64,000 bases of DNA from Auanema rhodensis. Its lineage: Eukaryota > Animalia > Nematoda. Where the stretch lies: the NCBI GenBank assembly GCA_964057225.1, contig OZ059899.1:13888001-13952000 (forward strand), written 5' to 3'. The translations under genes and the position numbers were made by a program. Positions 1 through 12,600 of this stretch are shown here, in pieces; positions within the stretch are counted from its first letter, which is position 1, and every line of letters starts with the position of its first letter. The notes beneath the pieces were generated by a model. The model searched no databases. It was not told where the DNA came from and saw only the letters and a program-made list of their open reading frames with translations.

Positions 1-574
1 AGAGAGAAATGTGTGTTGGGGGTGGGGGAATGGAGTAAAGTAGGAGGATAAAGCTAAAATGAAATGAAGAAGCTTGATGATATTACTAAGAGATCAAACT
101 ATTCCAATTGTAAGCTTGTCATTCAAAAACATTTGAAATACTATTTTTAATTAGAAAACAGTTCAACAACTTCGTTTATTTGAAATCAAAATGTCAGAAG
201 TTCAAATTATCTCCGATGGACCGATGGAGAACTTCTCTGATTTTTGATGTACTTCTTCGAAGAATTATTTCCGCTTTTTACGGCAATTGATGCATTTTTT
301 CTTGAATTCTATCTGTTGACATGACATTGAGCCTGAACGAGAAACGAAACAAAGAACGTCTACTCGGACAAGATACGACGAATGAGAGATGAAGCTCTTG
401 ATGTTGAAGCATCAGTCTATCTACCAACATCAGTTTTCAAGGTTAACAGATTTTCGAGACGTTTTTTCTCATTCGCTTCGTCTAATCAAGGACATCGTCA
501 TGTCCATATAAGAGGAATATCTAACTTGTACTTGTCATTTCGTCCAGCTACTATCATCAACTGAAGCTGAAGCT

Positions 575-1408
575 ATGGTATCTGTTGGAATTGCTTCAAC
601 AGCTTCATTGCTTACAACATTAGTGGCTTCAGCCTTTATAACCCTTATTATGAATCAGATGAGCGAATTAGATGTGTTAATTGAATTGAATGAATTCCAG
701 GTTCGTTAAAATGTTTTGGAAAAACAACAACAACAACAACCTAAATAGCAATTTCTTGTTTTCTTTTTTTTCCAGATTTATACAACAGTTATGGGTAATG
801 AAGATGATGTTAACGATTATGATGATGATTGGATAAAGAAGTTGAAAACAAAGTTTGTTCATATAAGCAGTGAAATTAGTCAGCCTACGTTGGAAATGCT
901 TATGGGACATAGACAACGTGGACGCAAAGCTTCGTGTCAAGTTTCTCTTTCAAAAAGTAACTTTGAATCTTGGTCTGAAGGCTGTGTGTTCAATGGACAA
1001 CAGCATTGCCCTCCAATGAGACAGGATCTTCTTCTTAATGGCTGTGATGAGCGATTGAGAGTATCTACTGCGGTGGTTGGTGATGCTATTGGGTGTGTAC
1101 ATCTGATTAAAGAAAATGAGCAAAAACGTTATTTTAGAGTAGCAGATGACTATTCTGAAGATCGTGTACGACAAACGAAATCCCTATTTAGCTGTAACTA
1201 TAACGATGAAACACGTGATACAGATGTAACACCAGAATTAATGGGTCATTCTCAGCTGAATGCAACTGCCGGATGTAGAGGATTGCAAGCAAAATCTGCT
1301 ATTCGATGCTTCCGAAGGGCAATAGGTTCAGCTGTATTCGACAGGTTACGAAAGGAAATGCTCAGAAGACAAGTTGGTAATAGTACAGAAAATTCTGGAC
1401 AAGACTAA
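575..1408 (+). CDS. Cuticle-collagen-derived protein with eroded Gly-X-Y domain (intact ORF; diverged gene or pseudogene)
   Basis: Exon 575-700 (MVSVGIASTASLLTTLVASAFITLIMNQMSELDVLIELNEFQ) splices in frame via GT 701 .. TTCCAG 775 to 776-1408. It resembles the nematode Col_cuticle_N domain (TM helix then ..EL.EF..Y), followed by PTLEMLMGHRQR (like the pre-RxxR motif), GCVFNGQQHCPP, and a 3-codon periodicity of Gly or near-Gly codons. A possible extra upstream exon is 382-441, joined to 548. Confidence 0.55.
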
Positions 1409-1642
1409 TTGCATATGACGTACGTATCTGCTCGTTTTGAACAAATCTCAATTTCAAGTTTGAATTGAAAACTCTTGAAAGGCATCGGAAAAGTAGCGAA
1501 TTGGACGAAGATAGAAAGCAGCAACAGCCGCAGTATCAGCAGCAGTTACATCATGATGATGTAACTAACTGAGATGAAAACTAAAGAATTTCGGTATTTC
1601 TGATATAAATATAAAAATCTTTATTACATGATATATATATTC

Positions 1643-4528
1643 TTAATCTAATAAATTCATTTCACTTAATGGCATTATAACCTGAGCTGATACAATTGGC
1701 TGATTACGTCCATCTCGTACTAATAGAACACGAATATCATCTGATATGCCCTATAATCAGAAGAATATACATCATTTACTATAACTATTTACCTTTTCGG
1801 GTGCTAAACAATAGATTAATGTACTATATGTATAGAAGTTACCGGATGTTAGTATTGCAACTGGTATAAGAGATTGTTCTATCTTATAAAGTTTTTCATT
1901 CCATAATATGCTGAGCCACATGTTATATATTGGAGTTTTTCTGGATACATTCATATTAGTTATTTATAGAATATTGAAAACTATTTGTTCTCTGATTTAC
2001 TTTCTGTGTCAACTATGTTAGATACGTTGCTCTCCAGCTTCATACACTCATATGATGCTGTCACACTCTCAACTTATCCAGCTTCATGCTCATACATGCA
2101 GATAGAACTCATGCTTTTCAGCATGAGCATATTCTCTTACTCTGGGGACTGAGACAATTCATTTCATATCAGATATTTTAGAAATATAAAGAAAATATTT
2201 GATTATAAACATACGATGAACAGCTGAGCTTTATGGTCATTCGAAATGTTGGACCAAAGCCATTGATGTCAACAGATATTTCTATTGGCTCGGATACTGA
2301 TGTTGAAACAGCCATCTTGTTTGTAGAACTTATATCAGAATATGCTTTAGTTGTATTATATCGTAACATGAAGAGATCTTTCGAATATGTCTGAAAATAG
2401 CTATAGACCTTATTCAAAAATCCCAATTTCTCTGTTCATATTTCAAATTTTAATATTTCTACAGCAGTTGTAGCTTGTTATTCAACTTTTATTTTGTATG
2501 AATTTGTATTCAAACTTGTATTGTAAACTTGAACATCAAAGTCAAGTTTATATTAAAGTTTTATATTCAAATATTCTCATCAAATTCAATATTCTAAATC
2601 TAAGCTGTAAGATGGAGTAAGTGTACTGCACAACGACCTTACACCCTCCATCCACTAAGCATTATGATTGAAAAACCTTTAAAATTTAAAATTTACCTGT
2701 GAAATTTGAGAAGCATGATCTCTTTCACGTAATGTTTGATCAATAAAAACTTTAGTTTTCTTCGGAATATTAAGTTTAATAGTATGTGGCATTGGGTGAG
2801 GATTAACATCCAACCGTTCATCTAATGATGCCCTACGGCGAAATAGCTTTACATGTATTCCTCCATCTATAATTTAATTTTTTAATTGAAAAAATAAAAA
2901 AAAATGGATTCAAAAGAAATTGACCTTCAGTTCCTAATATGAGAGTAGCCTCTTCTCGTCCAAATTGACCAAACTTCATCCATTCAAGTACTTTGTCAGA
3001 TTTAATCACATCTAGAAGATATTGCTCGCTGTATAGACGAATCTGAAGAAAAATATTTATTTTACTTGGTTCGAAATGAAGTTTTTTAAAGTTAGAACCT
3101 GCTTGGGGAGCATGACTAAAACTCCAGCATACTGTTTCGGAGCATAAGTGAATGGCTCAATTCCTTTGATTGGGCCATCATGTATACGAATTGAATTCAA
3201 AAATTTTCCTTTGAATGTATAGAATGATAAAACATCATTTGTACAAGCAACAACAAGCTATAAGATATCGATATTGAAGATTATATGAAGAAATTTTCAA
3301 TTTACTTACAGTTTTATTCAGGCGCGTAAAGCTGATAATGCTGGAACGACAGGTAATGATTGGCTTTGTTGGTGCTGAGTCGCGTTTAATGGAGTATATC
3401 TGGGAATTTCTTGTGGAAACGAATAAACGATAATCAACATCATAAACTCCTAAAAGAATATTTTTACTAACTATGTGATTAGAATCTTAAACCATATGGT
3501 ACGATATGAGTTGGAGGAGATGGCAAATTCGTTGTCGAAACAGTAGAAAATGCTTGTGAATCAACAATATGAACAGCTCCAAACTCTGTTCCACATACAA
3601 GCATATCCAAGTTATCAGCTGTGGACTTTTTCAAAATAGATAAACAAGTGATAGGTGACTGAAACAAACATATAGTTAAGGATATAAGATTTGATATATG
3701 ATATAGTTTACTTACAGGATTTGTTAAATCCTTTTGAGAATATTTATCGATGAATTCTGATCGATTTTCTTCTGGAGTTATAAGTAATGTTTGAGATACT
3801 GATGTAAGACGTTTAGGTGAAATCTGAAGAGAATTAGAATTAAGAACTGGAAATAAGTTAAATTTGAAACTTCTTGAATCAAATTCGTGATAACAACAAA
3901 CAGATCACCATATGAAAGTTCTTGCTGACCAGCTTTATGCCAAGCTTCAGCTTCAACTGGATGAATTGGAGAGGAAGGTACTGTAAACTGAAAGTTCTCA
4001 AGTTAAAGCTTATCTCTTTCATATCTATTACTAGCCTTATAGAATGGACGTAGAGTTTTGTAAATCAGAAGTGATGGTCCTGATGCTACAGCTACAGCTG
4101 GAAGTGACGTCTGCAAGACTGGACGCATTAACAAATTCGCAAACTTCAAGTTGCAACCTGATCATTAATGAATGAAGTTATTGCTGTAGGCAATTCCGCC
4201 AAAACACTCTCGGCTACTAGTGTAACAGCTTTAAAAACTTTAAGTTTCATACTAACTCCTGCACTAGCTCTAAAAATATAAATAAAGTTGTTGAAGTTGC
4301 AACTTATAACTTACCTGGCACCCATGTGAGCTATAATTAATTTTGTATCACCGTCACCATATAAATCGCCTAAGGCTATACAAGGTGGTAATGTCCATAT
4401 TCCTTTAAATTTGAATTTGAATTATGAAATATTTGTTCAATCAATCAACATCATAAAGCCTAACCTGCAGCATCATCATGAACTCCATTCATCCACTTAT
4501 TGGCAGTCATTTCACTTTGTCGTCTCAT
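1643..4528 (-). CDS. bbs-1: Bardet-Biedl syndrome 1 protein (BBSome subunit), multi-exon
   Basis: Spliced translation gives KWMNGVHDDAA-GIWTLPPCIALGDLYGDGDTKLII, PITCLSILKKSTADNLDMLVCGTE, MKFGQFGREEATLI, IPKKTKVFIDQTLRER, GFGPTFRM and C-terminal VIMPLSE, all BBS1 hallmarks. Start at 4528 or 4510; stop TAA at 1643-1645. Confidence 0.95.
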
Positions 4529-4663
4529 ATTCAACACGTTTTGTTATTGTTTATTATGAAGAAAAGTCTTTGAAATATTTAAAAATTTAAAAGAAAAATG
4601 AGGAAAAACTCCAAACAAGAAGCAGTCGACTGACCAGCTAGGGCATCAAGCCAATAAGAGCTG

Positions 4664-4677
4664 GTTGTCATGGCAAC
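4664..4677 (-). promoter_or_regulatory. X-box (RFX/DAF-19 binding site) upstream of bbs-1
   Basis: GTTGCCATGACAAC on the minus strand matches the GTHNYY-AT-RRNAAC consensus, about 135 bp upstream of the bbs-1 ATG, the typical position for ciliary genes. Confidence 0.9.
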
Positions 4678-4958
4678 CATTCCTATGCTACTAACCTTTT
4701 GGCTGTTTTCTTTCACAAATTGTATTCAATAAAAGATTCAACAGTAAAAAAATTTTATTTAAGTTATTTATAAGCACATAACTAGAATCATTTGTTGTTT
4801 TTAAAAATACTGAGATGATCGCTTGAAAGTTGAATAAAAGATCACTGAAGTCGCGTAATTCTCATGAAATACACATCGTTGCTGAAATGGCATTGTGATT
4901 ATTCTGAAAATTTAAAAAACTTTTATTAGAAATTAGAAAAATTCCCGTCTTACCTTGC

Positions 4959-5264
4959 TTATGCAATAACCATTTCTGGCTGTTTTCTGAAGTAGCAGTA
5001 CCATACCGCATGGACATATGCGGGAAAGATGAAGAAACACATAAGGAAGAAAGAGATACAGACATGAACATTGCATTCATTAGCTGCTACAGCTATAGCA
5101 GCAGGCTGTAGAAGAGAGATAATGCTTTAGAAATAGTTTAAGTTGAATTTGAAACTTACTGGACACACAATTATCAGAATAATCAAAAGAATATTCTTAA
5201 TCATATCATCTCGGGAGCGGTTATCAACCACAAAAACTTGTCCATCTTCACCTTTATCAGACAT
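4959..5264 (-). CDS. Pmp3/UPF0057 (RCI2-like) small membrane proteolipid, 83 aa
   Basis: Exons 5264-5160 and 5105-4959 give MSDKGEDGQVFVVDNRSRDDMIKNILLIILIIVCPPAAIAVAANECNVHVCISFFLMCFFIFPAYVHAVWYCYFRKQPEMVIA*, with the family motifs LI.I..PP.A and P.Y.HA.W. A TTTTCAG acceptor lies just before the ATG. Confidence 0.88.
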
Positions 5265-5316
5265 TGTCAGCTGAAAAATTGTTGAAAATATGTTTTAGAA
5301 TGTATAGGTTTCTCAT

Positions 5317-5320
<4 letters not shown>

Positions 5321-5379
<59 letters not shown>
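5321..5379. repeat. (GA)n microsatellite
   Basis: Near-perfect GA dinucleotide run. Confidence 0.95.
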
Positions 5380-5380
<1 letters not shown>

Positions 5381-6258
5381 ATATTAAAAGTAAAAGTCAT
5401 TATCATTACAAATTAAAAATATAAAAATGATAGAATTATAGTATTTCATAACCGGAAACAGAAAGATGTTCGAGAACATATATACGAAACAAGGAAAAAA
5501 TCATTTAATCGAGCATTGAACATGATGCAAAACTCCGAAAAATGGAGATGATTAGAGGAATATTTGGAATATTCAAATACTTTTTTTTGAAACAAAGTCA
5601 AGTTCGAAATCAGGACTGTCAAGTTTGAAATCAGAATAGATGGGCTACGTAAGGTCTATTAGTCATTGCACAGACACTTAGTGAACGTAGAGTAGAAAAA
5701 TACTGAAGAAGGATGGACTCATTGAGAGAAGACGGGGGTATGAGTCATGACATGTATGAAGAAAAGACGATAAGAAACAACATCTAAGGAACAAACATAA
5801 TCTGAATCATTATAGTTGAAGAATTTTATTATTTTTCTGCTGAGGATATTTCAAAGACAAAGAGAGAGAGAGAGGGGGAAAGAGAGAGGGGGAGGAGGCT
5901 AAAACATGGAGGAAATTCGTTGTTGTATTTGATGACTGTCCTTGATCATGGAAGTGAAATAGAGTTGGAGGTGATTCCAATATCTTTGAAGAAGAAAAAA
6001 AGAAAAAAAGAAAATAATGTAAAAGGCAATTGAATTTAAAAATTATTTATATTATATAGTTAATAGATGAAGATATAAGCATTTGAAATTAAATATTCTG
6101 AATTAAATTGAGACAATGTTGTGACATAGAACTTGAAATTGAAATATAAGCATTTTGAACTTGAAATAATAGTTTGTTTTAGGTTTAATATGAATAGAAA
6201 CCTTGAAAAGGGGAAGGGAGTGGAGAGTAAAGTGTAAGTGTGTTGTTCGTGTGTTGTT

Positions 6259-6301
<43 letters not shown>

Positions 6302-7755
6302 TGAGGTAGAAGGAAGGGAGGAAGAAATGAAGCGAGGAAGTGAATGAACTAAGAAATAAAGATTTTTCAACAAAAGAAAATATAATTAAATTGAAGAAAG
6401 AAACCACACAACTATGAATATAATCTCATAATAGGATACATATATAGATAATAAATTGTAATTTAGTTTAATGATTTGAAATATTGGATTATATTTATTC
6501 AAAAATATTCATTTTTTATTTTTTTTGAAATAAAAAGGACAACTAGAAATATAAACTTATATATTTATATATATATTAGAAAAACATATAATATTCAAAG
6601 CTTAGATTATTAATAAAGAAAATCTGAGAATGAGGTAGAGCGTGATGGACAAGACGTGAATGAGGGAGGAGGATACAACAAACTATTGACGGATAGAGGT
6701 AGAAAGAGAGAGAAAGAGAGAGATATTAAGAGATAGAGAGAGAGAGAGAGAGATTGAGGGATTATAAGAAGAGATTTAGTTGGTGATGACAATGCCCTAC
6801 AAACCTTGTTGGAATACCTCAATGTCTATGTCGGAATATTGTGAAATAACGATAGGAATAATAGTAATAGACAAACACTGCGGCAATTTCTCTGTCCATT
6901 CCCTGTTTTTCCTCTTCTCTCTCTCTCTTTCTTCCCTTTCTCTTCTTCTCTCTCACTCACTTTGTTCATCTGTACCCTCGTCAATTTCAATGTTCTATGG
7001 TGTATGACTTTGTTTATCTGAACATCACCTTGTAGAGGTATAACATAAGAAAATGAACGAAATTACCAGAGAAGTATGAGAAATCAAGGACAAGAACGTA
7101 ATGAAGACGAGCAGAAAGAGGTATGATGATTGAGAGAAAGGCATTCAGATAGAGGAATTACATGTATCTATCGTATATTGACTGAATGACACAGTACATA
7201 CACACCTGTACAAAGGTAGAATAAGAACGAGAAAGAGAGAGAGAGAGAGAGAATGGATTAAATTACATTGATGGTAATAAGTCCTGACGCGATATAATAT
7301 ATAAATATCTTTATACTATTATAATTATAATATATATATAGAGAGAGAGAGTGATATAAATAGATATATATTATATGAATATAGTATATAGTATACAGAA
7401 ATACATATATATATTTTGATATAAAAGGAAAAAAGTAGATGAAGAAAAAGAGAAAGACAAGAAGATTGATCGTAAAAGGGCTTAAAAGAGAGAATGAGAG
7501 TGAATATAGAGTACACATTTCATTCATATGTGTTTACTTAATCAAAAGCATAAAAAAATATTTATTATATATGTCTAATACTTATATATACATATAGTTA
7601 AAGTTTATAAGTTAAAATAGAAATATATTGAATATAGAAACAAAAATCTTTTATCTATGATTTGTAATGGTTACCATAGTGATTCTCTAGTTGATAGACT
7701 GAAAGCTAATTCTACTAAATATTTAGCTGAATAAATAGCATGAGAGGTTATCCTT

Positions 7756-7758
<3 letters not shown>

Positions 7759-7813
<55 letters not shown>
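7759..7813. repeat. (GA)n microsatellite
   Basis: Perfect GA run; others at about 5861, 6261, 6736, 7234 and 7341. Confidence 0.95.
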
Positions 7814-7818
<5 letters not shown>

Positions 7819-9637
7819 AAGGTATTTACAGAGGGATACAGTAGTAAGAAAGATTTGGATATAAAGAGATAATACAACAGATACCTAAATGTAATCTTGG
7901 TTTAAAAGAAGTTTTTAATTGGATTAAAAGAGGATTATGACATTCAGATCTATACATCTATACGTATATATATCATTATTTCATTTTTACTATATACATA
8001 TATTTGTATATATAAGATTATAATAAATATAAATTTATTTATTTTTTCTTCAATACTATATGAATAAATTAAAAAAAAGAATAAAATTCATTAAATATAA
8101 TATATACATGTATGTAATTATGGAATTATGACATTATCAATAGTTACATGAAAATAAAACACAAAGTATATACAATATATTTAACAATTAATACTATATT
8201 ATACTCATAATTTCTATAATAATATATAATATTAACTATATTAACTATATTAATTATAATAAAAACAGATTAAATATAATTTACCTACTGTTACTAATAG
8301 TATAACTATTATTACTACAACTACTATGCACAACCGTTCATAATAACTATTCAATATTAAAATGAATTATTTTTAAAATTTGCATATAACATAATAGTAC
8401 TTGAAATGTACTTTCACGTACGCATAATTAGCATAAATAGTCTTTAATCATGTTTAGTCATCAATTGAGGCTAAAAATACTGAAATAAAATAATTAATAT
8501 TATTAAAAAAATAAAATAAAGAAAACAAAATAATAAATAAAAATAAATTATTTTATTTAAAAAAATAAAAACAAAAAAACATATAAATATGTATACATAT
8601 GTGTGTCATGTTATGTAACAGTATGTTGTTAAACATACATGTTGTATATGTAAAATAATTTATTTATATTTAACTAGTTTTTTTTTTAAAATTTGAAATT
8701 ATTATTACAAATAAATTATAAAAAAAAAGTGAATGATAAACATAGTACTTTGTACACTTTTTATCAGTTTTTTGTATGAAAAATGATGTCATTTCGATAA
8801 TTAATGTTATTGACAAGGTTTAAAACTATTTAAAACGATATGTATTTTAATAAAATTAAAATTATTTAAGTGATTATATGAGAAATATAATTAAAAAACA
8901 AAACCTTAATGTAATAATACACAACAATTAGCTTAATAGGAAAGAAAGAATATATTTATATAATAAATAATAAGAAAAACTATATGTATATAGATAGATA
9001 GATAGACGAATATCTGTATTAAGTGAATAATCCTTCCTTCTTTTCATTTTTTTTGTTCAAATTTCAATTGGTGATGATGTGCTATTACTTCAGAAAAATT
9101 ACAATTCGTTCTACTCGTTTCTTTCATTTGACGAAAAAGGAATATAAAGATAGAGTTGTAGAATATAAATTAAAGAAGAAAATGAGAATGAAAAATGATT
9201 GAAAAGATTAAAATTCATATAGTTATAGTTAAGAGAATTAGAGAGAAAGATTGAAGAAGAAAAAGTTAAAAGACAGGTTCATTTCTTTCATTACAATGAT
9301 TGTTAAATCATCAACATATTTGGCAATATCAGTCATTTTCTCTTTTACAAACAAAAATTTTGTTCATTTTTCAATCTCTCATATCATCTATACATACTAT
9401 ATGTATATTATTTTATAATAATAATATTTATTATTATTTATATATTGAAATACTTAAATATTTTTATTTAAAATTAGCATATTTAGGCATTTAAAGTTCT
9501 AAATCTAATCAACTTTATTTATAAGCTTGAGTTTTATTTGAAATACTTGTAACTTGATCATATTTTCTATATTTTATTCTTTTTTATATTTAATAATTCA
9601 ATTATGTCATAGTTTATACAATAGTAACTATTATAGG

Positions 9638-12600
9638 ATGGGTTGGAAGTGTTTCCTCCTTCCAATTCTCTTCATTGTTGTTGCTGAAGCACAAGATCCA
9701 TGTGCTTCAGCTCCAAATGAAGGAGCTAAGATTATGTGTCGTCAAATTCAGAAATGGGATGATGGAGCAAGAGTAAGTCTATCACTATTGTCCTTTCTCT
9801 CAAGAAAAACATCATCACATTATGAACTTTGAATTTCAAAGAGTTCCCCCCCCCCCCAATGATCAAGTATTTCGTCTAAAAGGCAAGCGGTCGAAGCCGG
9901 TTCTTCCAACGATCAGTAACCACTCAGATGAAAACCATATTAGTTGATTATTAAAAAGAAATTAATACAATTAATTTTGAAAAACTAATTGTTTTTCCAG
10001 AAAGCTTCATCAAAGAAAAAAATTGCTCTTCCACCTGGTATGGCTGGAGCTGTAGGACATGCTGTAGCTGCTGACTTTGCACCAATTGCTTCATCTATCT
10101 ATCAATGTATGGATTTAGCTTGTATGTGTACTTATCTAAGAGGTAAGAACTTATTTCTGAATGTTAATGATGACATATCATCATAGGAACACCATCTGGA
10201 AATGGATGTACACTACCTGATGGAAAGCCACTTCAGAAAGCTCGTAGGTCAGCTAACAGTTAAGCATTATATGCTTGATATTCAAATGATATTTCAGAAA
10301 GGAATATCGCTTGATGACTGATGATGAAAGACAACGCTTCCATAATGCTTTCCGTACTCTGAAAGAGGTAACAAGCTTTCACAGCATAAACAACTTGAAA
10401 GGTCAAAACTTGTTTTAGAATGGAGAATATGATAAGATTGGAAGAATTCATTCACAGATGAGTAACAGTGGAGGAGCTCACTCTGGACCAGCTTTCCTTC
10501 CATGGCACAGAGAATTCATCAAACGGTATTTGTCATTCTAAAAATTTCGCTGTGAAATGATGCAAAAATGACTTTTCAGAGTAGAATTTGCTTTAAGACA
10601 AGTAGATCCATCTCTTTATTTGCCATATTGGGATTCAACTTTAGAAAATAATTTGCCAGTTGCTGCTAATTCAGCCATTTTCTCGTTTGTTTTGAATTTT
10701 ACAGCATAAGTTTCTGAAAAATAGAACTTTAGAGAAGATTTTTGTGGAAGTACTGATGCTAGTGGATTAGTTAATAGTGGGCCATTCCATAATTGGAGAA
10801 CATTAGAAGTATACTATATATACATATATAATTCTACCTATATCTATTTCAATATTTTAGGGAAGAGCTAATATTCAGCGTAAAGTTGGAGCTCAAGCTA
10901 CTCCACTTTCACAAGCAAACATTGATTTTGTGATGAGACAAACAGAAATAGATCAAGTTTTAGCATTTACAGCACCAAAACAAGTATACTAACTATATGA
11001 ATTATACAAAAATATATAATGAATATAGGGATGTCCATATCGTACAGATTTCAATTGTCTTGAATATACACATGGAAATGTTCATATCTTTGTTGGAGGT
11101 GATATGTTTGATACATCAACATCAGCTAATGATCCAATGTTCTTCATGCATCATTGTTTCATTGATCTTATTTGGGAACAATGGAGACAAGCTAAACAAG
11201 TTAGTTCAGTTTTATCAATTGAAATGAAGATAATCAATGCTTTTAGTCAAGAGCTGATCGTGAGCTTGCATATCCACCTGATAATCAGCTATGTTCATCT
11301 CCAAATCATTTTGGTGCTGCTGGTCTATTACCTTTCACACCTATGAGGTTTATTCACATATTCTTTATTATATTATTAATTATTACATATAGTTATAATA
11401 ATTTTAATTATATGAAAACTTTAGAAATGTTGATGGTCTTTCAAATAAATTTACGGATAATCTGTATGAATATGCTCCACGTCCAACTTGTACAGCAGCT
11501 AATCCTAATGGATGCGGCTCTACGTAATTTCTGTTTCCTTCTTACAAATATTTTTTCTTTTTTTCAAGTAATCTGTTTTGTGATTTATCTCATGGAAATC
11601 CACGATGTGCTGCTAAAATCAGAAAAGGAGCTCCATGTCCAGGCTTTGTACGTGGTGAAACTCCTTGTTACAATGGTATATGTCAAGGAGGCGTATGTGT
11701 TGCTGGGGTATGTTCAAACAAATTAACAGAAAGTTGTTATTTGGTTGATTTTCTGTTTTATTGAATTATGATGTGAATAACGTCATCATTATCATGAATT
11801 CAGGCTAATACTCCGCCACCTGTGGTAGCAACACCACGCCCCACACCGCCACCCATTAAAATTCAGCCACAGGTTTGATTTATAGGCTGTAATGAATTGA
11901 AATTTATCAAAGAAATGATAATATTTTCGAATTTTGAAAGAAAATTTCCTTTTCAAGAGAGCATTAGAACAGAAAATATTTTTGAATTTAGGAAACATGC
12001 TTTAATGAAAATCAGTGTTGTGCTACATGGGCTTCTCGTGGAGAATGCGCTCAGAATGCTGGTTACATGAATGAATGGTGTAAAGCTAGTTGTGGTCAAT
12101 GTAAACCACAATATCGTCTTGTGGATGGTATGAGAAGTTATTGAAACTCTTCATCAATGCTTCATTAGATTGTACTGATCGTCATGTCAATTGTCCAACT
12201 TGGTCTAGATCTGGTGAATGCTCAAAGAATCAGTTATGGATGAATGAGAATTGCCGTAAGAGTTGTAACAAATGCCAGAAAACAAGAGCTCAAGAATGTG
12301 GATCAACTCAGCAGCAAGGTCTGATATCAAGATAGTAGGTCATCAAGATTTGAAATATTTCAGTTACAACAACTAGTGCTCCACAACCTGCTTGTGAAAA
12401 TTCTGATGGATGTTACAATGAGAACGTATGCTGTCCACATTGGGGTCTGATGGGTGAATGTCGTAGTTCAAGTCCATGGATGGCTTGTAACTGTCGTGTC
12501 AGTTGTGGTCATTGCTATCCAACAGATTACAACTATGGATGTAAGTTAGATGAAGCTTAATGCTTAAGTGCTATGTTACATCTTGATGCTTTTCATAAGA

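Noticed and set aside
2811-2820. Exact CAACCGTTCA inside bbs-1
   Set aside because: Lies in a coding exon (DERLD), and the nearby TCACGTA is on the wrong side. Treated as chance, and a caution on the motif statistics.
4862-5080. 72-aa minus-strand ORF
   Set aside because: Alternative frame of the Pmp3 exon; it runs through the predicted 50-nt intron.
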